Part shown: in pieces, positions 48,475 to 61,100 of the stretch
How positions within the stretch are numbered: the first letter of the stretch is position 1
Layout of the letters: every line of letters begins with the position of its first letter
From: Callorhinchus milii
Lineage: Eukaryota
Length of the DNA: 64,000 nt
Assembly (NCBI RefSeq): GCF_018977255.1
Contig: NW_024704763.1
Location: 2,914,001-2,978,000 of the forward strand
Reading direction: 5' to 3'
The notes under the pieces: model-generated
The model's input: the letters and a program-made list of their open reading frames with translations, nothing else
Databases searched by the model: none
Told to the model about the DNA's origin: nothing
Made by a program: the position numbers and the translations under genes

Positions 48475-48830
48475 TATTATAATAATAATCTGTGCATTTT
48501 ATATAGTGTTTATCGCATCGTTGAGACTTCTCAAAGTGAGTCACCTTATTTTACCATGAAGTGTATTTGTAGATGAATGCGGCATCCAACTAGCACACAG
48601 CACCAATTTTATTTGGGGGATTGTTGGTCAGGACACCGGGAGGAACTACCTACTCTTTTCAAATAGTGCCATGGGATTTTTAACGCCCACTGGAACAGGC
48701 ATTTAGAACCTTAATTTAACTTCTCATCCGAAGGATGGCACCTCTAATACTGCAGCATAACCCCAGTCCTGTATCGGAGTATCAGCCTAGACTGTGAGCT
48801 CAAACACACAACTTTCTGACTCAGAGGCAG
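48475..48830 (-). mobile_element. Deu-type SINE
   Basis: AATAGTGCCATGGGATTTTTAACG...TCTCATCCGAAGGATGGCACCTCT...TTCTGACTCAGAGGC. Confidence 0.7.
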
Positions 48831-50039
48831 AGTCCTATCTTAATCCATTCCTATATACATATATTAATATTCAGTGATATATAATTGTAATGTATATGAT
48901 ATTTAGGATATGAATATATGTAATTTTATTGAGGGGATATTGGAGGCGAGTCCTCCTTCCCCTCGTTCCTCTTTTAAGACGCTAGTACATAATAGGGTAC
49001 CTTTCACTTCCACCCATGTAGCTTGCTTTTTATAATGTGCGTCATTCAATTTTGTTAAGAGGCACTAAATGATTTTCAGTTAACTATTTCTCTCCGTTTA
49101 ACAAAATAGATTCGGACTCGTAACCTTTGTCACAGTCAATTAATGATTGATTGCACTGGTGTTTATTGCTCTCTCTATGTCCATTCCACTGATGTCAGTG
49201 TTAAACCTTACAACCGTTTTATCAGTCTTCCTTCTGAATCCATTCTGCACTCGTTCTAATTGCCATTCTGCACCTGTTTGTCCTCAGTGCTTTGTGCATT
49301 AAAGGGTGATAATCGAAGGCTTGAAATTGGCTGTAGCCTTCAGACCATTGGTTGTCGCTCTGAGACGCTACCTCGGGTGAGGAGCGCTATACAAATGCAA
49401 GTTAAAAATGTTGGCTTAAAAATTTGAGGACTGTGTGGAAGTTTGGAAAATTCTGAAATTCAATCTTAATTTGGAAGCCAATTTTCCGCAGTCATTTTTA
49501 AGAGACCTTTCCGAAATTCTGGAACGATCTTCAATTTTAAGACAGTGGTCTTAAGTCAAAGGCCGTGAGGAATTTGGGGATGCGGAGGCTTGACGGTCTG
49601 GCTCATATGATGATTAACGAGATCCATTCTGTTTCACTTTAAATTTAGGACGTTGAATTTTGAAGGATTTTGTTCAGTGGGGCAGTGTGATAATACTTCC
49701 ATTGATCTTTCTGTCATATCATGTCCTGTCCTATTTGTACCAGCAAACGGTCTTCATTTGTAACGTTTCATTTTTTTTCTCCCTATTTGCTCAATTAAAT
49801 GTGTGTTGCACAGTTTCCTCCTGTAGCTTGTTATCTTTTTGATACGTTTCAGTGAGACGTGGCAAAACTAGTTATTACAAAAGGCGTAATTTGAGTGGCT
49901 ACAAATCTTTCATCATAACTATTATTCTGTGTGTGTGTGAGTGTGTCTGTGCTACTGTTTCCATTGCTATAATCACAATATGATTAACAATATTATTATT
50001 ATTATATAAAAATACAAAATGATCACAAGCAAGGTTCAG

Positions 50040-50390
50040 ATGAAGCAGTCACTTCGGTCCATTTGATCTCGGCCTTCCAGAATACCCATTCCCCTACCTC
50101 CCATCACAGTTTCTAGCTCTTTCTGTTAAGACAAGCTCAACATCCTGGGCTCAAACAATCTTCCTTGTAATCTATGCCAGTCATTAACTACCCTTTTGGT
50201 GCGGAAATAGTTTCTGAAATTGTCCTTTGCCGCCTCAATCCTGTGTTCTATTGTTCTGCTATCCAAATGCACCCGAATGTGTTCTGAGGTTACTTTCCCA
50301 GTTCCATTTACAATCTTATACACTTTTACATGGTCCTCTCTGAGATATCTTCTTTCAAGGCTGAAGACCCGTAGTTTGTCTGATTATTCC
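50040..50390 (-). mobile_element. Degraded CR1 3' fragment
   Basis: YKIVNG...FRNYFRTKRVVNDWHRL resembles the CR1 ORF2 C-terminus. Confidence 0.55.
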
Positions 50391-53300
50391 TCATGAGCTT
50401 GGTACAGTAGAAGCATCTTATGACAACATACATTTTCAGCAAAGAATCCCATGTTTCTGACTCAAGAGACTTCGGTCCCAAGGAGAACTGGATAAGTAGA
50501 AAACATCAGACCTCACAGGGATATGAACACCTGCTTTATTGTAGACTGATACCTGTGCTGCTAGGGCTATGGATTTTTTAAAAAAATTAGTGTTCAATGG
50601 TGAAAGTTCTGGATTTTGTGCTTCATTAACTTCTGAGGATCAGGGAGTATTGACACATTATGGTACTTTTTCCCCCAGGGGATAGAGTGGGTGCAGCGAA
50701 TTACAGAGTGGATATTGCTTTAATAAGAAGCATTGGGCTTGATCAGCTGAATGATCTTATTGTGTTTTATGTTCTCAACGTGAGGTTAAACAATGGAAAA
50801 TCAGCCAAGCTTCGCACCAGAATGTACTGTGCTCTCACACCCATTGGCATGTGGAGCAAATCACCAGCACAGGTGGTGGAATGAGGAACTATAAAAGGCT
50901 TTTAGAAATGAACCAGACAGATTCCTGGAAATTAGAAGGTTTCAAGGTTACCAGATGACAAAGTAGTAGATGGTTCTAAGATTTTTTGGGGGGGCGGGGG
51001 GTGGGGGAAGATGGATGGGAAGGCAAGATGGACCAATGATCCTCTCCTGACTGAAACATTCTTGCAATGTATGTTGTTTAATTGCAGCTCATTGCCCTCG
51101 GCACATAATCAAACACATTTCATTAATCCACTAACATATTCCCCGAGTGCCTTGTACATTGGGGGTCTGGTTTTAGCCTTAAGAAAATTGTCTTAAAATT
51201 TCAGCTCGTGCAGCAAATTTTGGCAAATTTCTTAACTCTCTTTGGTATTAACTCTGAAACTAGTTTTCCTGCTGTTCTTATTTAAGATCTGCAGAAACCG
51301 GCTGCCAAATTTAAGAATTTGCCAAGATTCTGCAATGATCTGAAATGTGTAGGTAATGGTTTAGAGACTGAACAGATTTGGGTCAAATGTCTGTATCCTC
51401 ACCAGAGGCTTTGGTACCTGTAGAGACCAACACAACCTCGTCAGATGGGCTAATCATGGCCTAGATGTGTCAATCTGCCTCTATGGTAGACCCATCTTTC
51501 TTGGTTTGGATAACTCTATATGGCTCTGAGGTCCAGTTTATGCATTGGTCCAGTCCACTGTATATAATGAGAGACTGCTGCTGGCTATCACCAGATCTGG
51601 AGACTCTGTGATTCATCATCTTGCATTCACATCCTCTGTTATTGCTGAGAGAATTCTAAAGCCAAATGCAATGTATGCAGATGCGATTGACCCCGTCTTA
51701 TGGCTGAACAGAGCCTGTTTATCATTAGCTGTTTTCTTGGTCAAAACCTTGAGCTCAACACAGCACTGGGGATCAGTGCTCACACAAAGCTTCATTTCTT
51801 CATTATCCCCGGCCTCAAGTGGTAACTAGCTGCGGAGAAGGTCAGTCTCTAGCTCGGTCTTTGGTCTTAATTCAGTAATTGCTGCGCTGTAACTTTTCCC
51901 TGACCCTTATGCTCTCATGCAGCACGAGTGAATTAACTTGCTCAAAGCTTCTTTATAGCAATGTCTCAGTGTGAACAGAATGTTCCTTTAATCTTAGAAT
52001 TACAATGGGAATGGGAGTTTGAGCGAAATCAAAACTCACTCAAACCTCTCTACAGCCCCTATCTAATCAAATCACAATTTCTTGCTTTTTCCCCCAAACT
52101 TGTTTGGACATTTTGAAGACTTGATGAGACCCTATATCAGATATAAGAATTATCATTAAAGATGCCCTGACACTATATGAAAGGAGAAAGGGCTCTGAGC
52201 CAACAATCCTCCAGTTTAATTGATGGTTCACTTTATGGTTGCTTTGGGGGAACTTTGCTGGTTCAACTGGCTACTGCATTCACCTATTAAAACAATCATT
52301 ACCTGTGAACTGCTTTTCAATGTGAGAAGGCGATGTAAAAAAAGCACGTTTCTGATTAATCCTTTCTACAGATAACATTTCACACCCGCACCCGAACAAT
52401 TGTGTGCCATAGAGCATGCAATCAACTCAGCCTATCTTTATGGTGTTTAACCCCATTCCAAACAAGATATGCATTAAGATAATTTTTTATTATAAGAAAA
52501 AGGAGTTTATTGCTACAAGTTTTGTTACTTTCGGAGGGCTGAGAGAAAAGGAAATCCTGGAATCTCTATATTTTCCTGGGTTTTTAATGTTCTTCCCACG
52601 TTCGCTGGTCAATAGTAATCCTTCTAATCCTTGCATTTGATTTTGCGCCTTATCACATGGTCAAGAGTGAACTCATGGTGCAAATCATATGAAACGCACA
52701 ACCTATTACAGTACTTGACACCATAGTAACATTGCTGACACCTTTTTATAGCCAGTGCATTTCTTTGGATGACCACAAATTTTACGGGGGTGAACTGGTG
52801 AACTGTAAATGTGATGGTTTAATTACAAGCGCTCTAGGATCCTACCCTGCATCAGGGGCATTATACAAATGCAAGTTGTTGTTGATTGAAGTTGGGTAAG
52901 CTTTTGCTGTTGTAGAAGATTCTCCATTTGTGGTGAATATTCAGATCAGACCAAGGACAGATCTTTTGGCATGAAATGAACGAATGATAATAAACTCCCT
53001 TCTGTATTCCAATAGTGTATTACCGAGCGCCTGAACAGGCAGGGTATATGAATTATTCAGTTTTTGTGACTTATCAAATGCAAGGATTATTATTATTATT
53101 ATTATGATGATGCTCTGGAAACCAATAATAAATATTCTGTCACCAAATAAAGGTGAGTATCTGCAGTCCGAAGAGCTGCCAGCAGATAGCGCCACAACAC
53201 TGAGCAATGCTCTCTCCTTCCAAAGACCCAGAAAAGTCCAAGTCATTTGGTGTGATGCAGGGATGAGTGGTTCTCATTAAACTGCCCGCTAACCGCTGTT

Positions 53301-55779
53301 CTGTAAACCTCTCTAGCAGGCTTATCCGAGTTGGAGGGGTGTGTGTCCCTTCCTGTGTATGTGGTTTGGGGCTCAAGCCAGGGTTTCACAGCATTTCCGA
53401 GAATTGTGCTCTCGAGCCTTTAACACAGAGGCTGTGCTTTAATCCTTTCCACAGATAAACATTTCCAATCTGATCTCACAGTGCAGCCCAGCGTGAGAAT
53501 GCTTGACCCAAACCTCAGAAAGTTTACGCAAGTTTTCCGTAAAGGAATCTTACGTGTTCTGGTTCATGGTGCAATCCTCAGCAGCACATAAACACATGAA
53601 ACTGTGCGTGGATGTTGAGGTTGGATCAGTAAGGAACTGGATAAGCAACTGTGCAGCAGAACCATTAAGTAAAGGGATATGGGGAAAGGGCTGGAAAATG
53701 GGGTTACCCACAGTTGGGGCTCCCGGGCAGCTGTGTGGAGTGCTTTGAGACACCCTCCCTACGTGAAAGGCACTATACAAATGTACATTTTGACCCACAA
53801 AACACCCAGTCACTCCATATTGCAATATATTCTGTGAAGCGCTTTTGAGGCGTCGCGATGATTTTTATTATTATTAAATCGTCATCGCAATATTAAAATA
53901 CGGTGATTAAGAAAAAAGGAGAGCAGTGACACGGACGCAGTGGATCAAATTGATATTCCCATCTGTGCAGAAAATGTCCACGTTTCTACCTGTGTCCCAC
54001 TATGTGCATATTGAGGTCCATACATCTATGTAGAGTGAAAGTATCTCCGTAGTTTACTACAGAGCAGGGTTGAGTTCAGATGATAGATTGGTTTCGAAAT
54101 GCAGTAACAGTGACGCCATGAATATGTTACTGGCTTCTAACCAGCCATTACCAGAAATTGATATACTTTGCTCCACCCACGTCTCGTGACAGACAGAGAT
54201 CTGCAGATATACTGAGGGAAGCACTCGCCCACGCATACACCTTTCAGTACAGAATAATGACCTTCAGACTATCACCGTGTTGTGCAAGGCTGGTGCCTGA
54301 GGAATGAGAAAGTTACATAACAAAGAGCAGCCTTTCCCGTTGCTGCTCCCTGGGTGTTGTCTCGTGTTGCCGGTTAATCTATACACTGGCACATCTAGTT
54401 CCCTGGTCTCCATTGGGGACTTTTTTGTAGATATACTGGTGGATATACTCTGAAGTGGATTGACTGTATATCTTGGGTTTTGCCCACCAAATACACAGTC
54501 AATTCACTTTACAGTCTATTCCGTGAAGCACTTTGAGATGTCTCAACGACGTTATAAGGCGCTGTATCAAATGCACGGATTATTACTATTTTTGTGGCCA
54601 AGACATCAAGTGTGCTGCACTCTGGGTCTCAGACTCTTGTCAGTTTATGGTGGTTTCACAGCTCTGAAAACATAGGACAGAGAGACAGAGAGATTGCGAG
54701 CCGCACTATTTTTATGTAAAACTACTTTCTACTTCTGCAGCCCTTTGGCAAAAGACAAGCCTGTTGCTGGATTATTCACAGGGCAGATCTCAAACTAATC
54801 AACAAGATTTGTGTCTAATTCACTTAATCCCTTTTAATCAGCCCCATCCATATCCATTCTGTGCAACATGTTGCTGACCCAACACCTACTCAATTTTTTG
54901 ACAACACCTTAATATATTAAATGGGATTTGTTCCTTCTTCCCTCTTGCTGAGTCTCAACTGAGAGTCCAAGAAGGAAGGACAACAATTCAGGAGCAAGAA
55001 GAGCTGGGAAGAAGTGGGGGTTAGAAACAAGAGACTTGAACCATCTCTGCTCCCATGACCATCCTCAGTCAGTTTTCTGCTCCGGGCTATAGGTAGGGTG
55101 CAAAGCAATGCATTCCAGAGACTAGAACCAAATAATTTTACAGGCGATAAGGAAGCTGCCTGGTTGCTTGAGGCTATGAGGGCCCTGTGACAAAGCTTCT
55201 CATTTATTCCAACTCACCTTTAACCCATTTAGTCCCTTGTATGTGTACATATATTTGTTTTCATACATTTCCCCTTTTAAGAGCTGTGATGGATTTCTGC
55301 TCCAACCTTATATTTTAGCAGGGCGTTCCATGATCTAATAATCCTCTGTGTGCAAGAAAAAATATCTTCTCCCTCTTTCTCTTTGGTTTATTAATCACTT
55401 TAAGCTTAGGACCTTGAGTCATTCCTACAGATGGGAATGAAATAGAATTATACCAGTGGGTTGTGCTAAGAAGCAGGAATGTTTTTGCCTGAAATTATTG
55501 CAGTGCGACAGCATATGGCTCAGTGAGTCATTTGTGGAAATTCCAGACTTCTGCAATGTGATGCACTTTCCAGACTATTTGTTTGGTGGTTGGTTCACCT
55601 TTTAAACTCTCGTTTACCAGCAGCCAGGCCGGCCTTAACCACACCCTGTTATTAAAAAAATGCAGAATTGGTATGAGTCGGCAAAAATTTTGTTGCGAAA
55701 TTTTGCTGGGACAGGTCTGAGGAGTGTTGGTGTGTGATTGAGTTCAAGATCCTCTCGTCAATTTTGAAGTCCTCCATAG

Positions 55780-56030
55780 TTTTGTTCCTACCTACCTCTG
55801 CGACCTACTAAAACTTTTTCCGACCTGTCCGCTCGGCAGGCACTGGCCTGCTCCACGTCCCCCGACCCGCCCTGCCCTGCCCGCCCCACCATCGGCGGTG
55901 GAGCCTTCAGCCTTTCTGCCCGTACCCTCTGTAACTCCATCCCAGTGGCTCTCTACCTCACCCCCTCCATTGCTTCCTTCAATACCCGTCTGAAGACCTT
56001 CCTCTTTGACCGTGCCTTCGATCATCTACT
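55780..56030 (+). mobile_element. L2 LINE 3' fragment
   Basis: Homologous to 25680-25900 and 41700-41900. Confidence 0.75.
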
Positions 56031-56913
56031 GAAGATTAACTAAACACTGAAAGAATTGTCCAGAGATATGGAGTGGCCAAGGAATTGAGGGGTGGGGAAA
56101 AAGGTTTGGTCGAGTGTCACCTGAGGACACATTAGTCATTTGCTTGTATTCTGATCAGATTCAAATAGACATACGAACCCACTGAAACCATGAGTCCAGG
56201 CAGAAATTGGCCACGTACCTTCCACATCTATTAGCACATCCTCCACAGCAGGAGCCAGGATCAGACTGATTTCTGAACTGACAACCATTAAGCCAGAGGA
56301 AGTGTGACCTCATTGCAAAAGTCAATTTTCTCATTTCCTCTTAATTCATACTGTTTGCATTATCAAATGAACAGATTGACTCCAAATTGTCTCCGAGCTC
56401 AAAGTCTTGCAATTTCTGCAATGCAGAATGAGATGACAACAATAATAATCCTTGAATGTTGATTCAGGGCCTTATCATGAACTTTGAGATGTTTCTGAGA
56501 GCTGTAATTTGTAGTCATTGTAAATAGCTCTGTATTTATAGGCAAGTGCAGCAGATGATTTGTGCACAGCAATGTCTTGAGATGAATCGCCAACCTTAAA
56601 TGAAAACATTTAATGGAAAACAAACATTTTAAATTAAATTTTCAAGTTTAATAACAGAGGTCTATGTCTCTCATATATACATATATGTCATTTTTTTTAC
56701 AGCATGTAAGAACTTATACACTTTGTAACAGTGTTAAATCTTCCATTTAATCTTCCACAAACAAGACACTTCCTTTTGAAACGTGTTTTTATCATCAGAG
56801 AGAACCCATTGGTCCACGAGACAACGTGCTTTAACTGTGGAGCGAAGCCACTGGCATTGGATCCAAGGGGAAATTAAGACTGAGAAGGATGAATGAAGCT
56901 CTTGGGATAAAGT

Positions 56914-56991
56914 CCTAAAAATGTACCAGAAGCATTTCCGCACACTGTTCCAGTACCGAGTTTGTGCAGAAATGATTCCGGGAGATTGATA
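56914..56991 (-). ncRNA. MIR147B: pre-mir-147b; mature 3p about 56924-56945, GUGUGCGGAAAUGCUUCUGGUA
   Basis: Minus strand reads ...CCGGAATCATTTCTGCACAAAC-loop-GTGTGCGGAAATGCTTCTGGTACATTTTTAGG, matching the recalled human hairpin. Lies about 30 nt after the C15orf48 stop, in the 3' UTR as in mammals. Confidence 0.95.
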
Positions 56992-57021
56992 GGCGCCAAG
57001 TCAAGGAGCAAGGTCACTCGC

Positions 57022-60000
57022 TCACTTGTATTTCTTCAGCATCTCCAGCTCTTCCAAAGGCCTCCACTCCTGGCTGATGGTCCTGAGCTGTGGGAGAACA
57101 AGACACACAAGGGAAAGGCTCATTCGGCTTCTCAACCAACACACAGGCATATAGTACAGGATCATAGACAACAATCCCATTTGGCCCATCATGTCTGTGC
57201 CTCTGATTTCTCCCACACCCTCCGCCCATGCTGTTTAATATACAACAAAACAACAACTTGCATTTATGTAGTGCCCTCCACACCGGGCGCTTTTTAAACA
57301 CCTCTCCTTTCAGAAGTCTAGCAAATTCCCTTTTAAAATAATAATGATAATAATCCTTGCATTTGATATAACGCCTTATCATGTCGTTGAGACGTCTCAG
57401 AGCACTTCACAGAATATATTGTAAAGTGAATTGACTGTATAAAACGTGGGTGAAACGCAGCAGCCAATTGTGCACAGCGGCGTCTCACAAACAGATGTCA
57501 AATTGAATGACAAAATTATTATTATTATCTTTTTTACATATAGAAAAGATGGAAGTTGTTTCAGTCATCGTGTAACAGAGTTCCATATTCCAACTACCTC
57601 TGCCTAAAGATTTGTTTGTCCCCTCCAATCTTCCCTTTAATTCCTCGTATCCTTATGTAGTCTGATACTATCTTGTTCGCCTGCTGCAGGTGATGTTTAC
57701 ACACAACAGAACAAATGGTGGGCCCCAAGGGGAAAACCAATTACACACCTGCTGGAGAGAAAATGGGCAATTCTGACGATTTCCCTTTAAGAGGCGAGAG
57801 ACAAATGACGGGCAGCGAGGCACCCAAGGTTTTTTTTCCATTAATTTTTAATCATCCTGCAAACACCCAGGGGTGGGGCGAGTCAGGTAACTGATTGCAC
57901 AGCGATAGTTTCCCTGACAATCGACAGATCGAAGAAACAAAAACATGTATAAATAATGCAAGGCTTCCTGCGATGCACAGATCCACAAGGACTTTACTGT
58001 GAAGTGTAGTGACTCGTCTATAAACCCCTTCACTCCCTGGCTCTTCTTTGACCGCTTTGTCCCCACTCCACTTACCCGTTGCCTCGCCTGGTTCTGGTCT
58101 CCTGCTCATCCCTCGTGCCCTCAGCGCCCTGAAGCTTTGGAACTCTTCCCCCAATCCTTCCTCTGCCTTGCCCGCTCCTTCCCCTCTTTTAGATCACTAC
58201 TGAAGACCTTCCTCTTCAACCGTGGTCACCTCCCCTATCTCCCTGTCTCAGGGTTAGGCTCTTTCACTGTTAAGCGCTCCAGAACACTGCCCCACATGAA
58301 GGGTGCTGTGTAAATGCAAGTTATTGTTGTTGTTGTAGTGACTGTGTATTTGTAAGTGAATGTGGCAGTCAGTACCTTCTGAGGTTTGGTTGGATCGATA
58401 TTCTCCCATGGAGTTGGATTATTTCTTTTATCGATTCTGAGACAAGAGCAAAAACTGTTTTTATTATTATATGAAAAAGAGAGAAAAACACAATCGTATC
58501 ATTTCTGAGTAAATAAATATTGCAATTTATAATCCCGAGAATTGGCAGTGATTGGGGTGATGATTATTAATCCATCACAGTTGGCAATTTGGGGGGGGGG
58601 TTGGAGCGAGAAAAAGAATTCTGTGCTCTGGGAAGTTCATGTGGCAAAAAGGTCTTACAAAAACATGCGCAAAATGCAAATGAAAAAAACATTAGTTAGT
58701 TGTGGACCCGCCCTACCCGGAACTGGGAAATATTGGACTTGTGTCCGTAGGTGGGGGAGGGAGAGGCGGAGGGGGTGATTGCTAGATAACTAAAGTAACA
58801 AAGAAAACTGGATCAATTTGTAGTATAAGTGGCAACAAGTGTGATCGATAGGCGAGTGTTTCAATTTATTGTACATTAGTTTATTAAAGTATTACTTATT
58901 GTATATTATTTAGTGTGTATTAGTTTATTGGGTATTAGTTTGTTGGTTATTAGTTAATCGGGTATTAGTTTATTGTGGATTAGTTTATTGTGGATTAGTT
59001 TATTGGGTATTGGTTTATTGGGTATTAGTTTATTGTTCATTAGTTTATTGTTCATTAGTTTATTGGGTATTATTTATTGTGCATTAGTTTATTGTGGATT
59101 AATTTATTGGGTATCAATTACAATTCATGAAAACGGCTCTTACATGACATCGCTCTTGGTCAGAAGGAAGTAGATGGCGGTGGAAGTGGCTCCCGTGGCC
59201 GCACAGAGCATCAGCCCGACTATAGGGATGAGCTGCGAGAGAGACAGAGAGGGTCAGAGGCATCCAGTTAGTCCCACAGCAGCCACCGGTCTCACCCTCT
59301 CTCTCCCACACACACAAATCACTGTCGACCACTGACCCCCTGATCCTTGATCCCAGGCTGTCAATGACCATCCATGCAGCAGAGTGCAGGGCTTGCTTTT
59401 ACCCATCATAGAATCGTACAGCACAAAAAGAGGCCATTCGGCCGCAAAGTTTCAGATCTATTATTATTATTTAATAAACTTGTAGTCAATTTATTATTAA
59501 ATCCCTAACAGCGGAAAACGACTCAAAACAGCCGAGAACCGCGGAATAATAATAACAACAATAATCACCAATGATTATTATTAATCCATACTACTGATTC
59601 ATTATGAATAATATTATTAATAATAAGCCTTGCATTCAACACAGAGCCTTATCACTTGGTTGATATTATTTTGGAAGATATCTGCGAACACGGTAGATAT
59701 TTTCAAACATATTTAAATATTTTACAGATAATTTTAAAAAATATAATTTTTTAAAAAAATGGTAATTTAACTCATATCTACTGCAGTTCCAGGTAATTTT
59801 GAGTCGTTTTCCGCTATTTTTAAGTGTTGGGTCCCCTGTATTAAAGAGCCAGTCCCAGTTTTAGGTGATATTCTCTTGGGTCAGCTCTGTGAAAAACAAC
59901 AACCTGTTTTATTCTCTCTCTCGATATATACATATATATCTATATGTTAACCATCTAATTTTATCAAAACATGTAGAAATCCCCATTCGATTCCACAGGT

Positions 60001-60173
60001 GCATTCAGAGAAACTTTCAGTTGACAGAATACATTTCCTTGTCATTGCATTAAACAGACAGAAAGAATATCAATGCAAACTTGGAGACACTTAAAAAATA
60101 GGGAACAAATGAAAAATTCTAAATAGTCCCTTACCTCTTTCTTCTTCATGATCATTTGAAATATACCAGTCAT
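57022..60173 (-). CDS. C15orf48: NMES1/MOCCI, NDUFA4-family complex IV subunit (4 coding exons, 84 aa)
   Basis: complement join(60135..60173, 59144..59232, 58376..58436, 57022..57087). Protein: [84 protein letters not shown]. GT-AG introns with consistent phases. Non-coding exon 1 probably ends at 60385. Confidence 0.95.
57337..57530 (-). mobile_element. SINE lacking head, in C15orf48 intron
   Basis: Shared tail and body. Confidence 0.75.
58862..59115 (-). repeat. 15-bp minisatellite (NNNCAATAAACTAAT)n
   Basis: + strand ATTAGTTTATTGGGT-type units, about 17 degenerate copies. Confidence 0.9.
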
Positions 60174-60443
60174 CTTTATGTGAGCACAAAATGTCCAGGT
60201 GATGCAAAAAAAAAAAAAAAAAATCCTAAAGAATCCCGAAAGAAATGATCACTTGAAGCATCAAACTTCTGTTCTGTTCGTCCAGCGAAAGAAAGAACTT
60301 AAAAGCAAAAAAGAAAACTGTAATTATCTTGAACCAATTCGGTCCCGATGTAAATAAATGTGACTTCGGTTGTGTAGCTCTCACCTCTCTCTCTCTCTCT
60401 CTCTCTCAGATGACAACCTTGAGCTGTGCTTCCTGATTCTGAT

Positions 60444-60491
60444 ATTTATAGGTTATATCAGCCTTGGGTGGGACGTGTTGCAAGTCACGTA
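60444..60491 (-). promoter_or_regulatory. C15orf48 core promoter: TATA box with HRE/C/EBP composite
   Basis: TATAAAT 60450-60444; GAG|GTGAGA donor at 60384; ACGTG-N8-CACGT 60473-60490 containing TGTTGCAAG. Confidence 0.55.
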
Positions 60492-60911
60492 GTCGAGACA
60501 CTTCACAGCCACTGAAAACAGTGTTTATTAATATCGATACTGTACAAAGATCCTCAAACGCACACACACACAAAGCCTGAGTTTTATCAATGAATGTTGC
60601 CTTGTGCTGTGCAGTCACTCTGCCTCCTGCTGGACGTGCTTGGAATCGTACAATAACAGACCCAGTGGGTGAGGCGACTCAGATACACACACACACACAT
60701 ACACAGAGTACATAATAATAATAATAATAATCATAATCCTTGCATTTGATACGTTTTGATATTTCGCGGGCGACACGCGGCAGCCGATTGCGCGCAGCAG
60801 TGACCCGCAAGCAGTCGTGGGCCAAAACGTTTCCCCTTTTTCTAGAGGGCTTCTTTCTACTTCTTTCGCCCCCCCCCCCCACCCCAAAAATACCCTCACC
60901 TCGCTTCGTTT

Positions 60912-61100
60912 TAATAATAATAATCCTTGCATTGGATTTTTCACGTCGGGAGGACGCCCCAAAGCGCTTCACAGAACACACTGTAAAGTGAATTGACTGT
61001 ATATTTGTGGGCGAACGCGGCGGCCAATTGCGCACAGCAATGTCCCACAAACAGTCGTAGATTGAAAATGACCAATTTATTATTGTTTTTTTTTTGGGGA
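60912..61100 (-). mobile_element. Young SINE lacking head
   Basis: Nearly identical to 30262-30440. Confidence 0.85.

Noticed and set aside
58973-59173. Hydrophobic 66-aa ORF (WISLL repeats)
   Set aside because: Translation of the 15-bp minisatellite.
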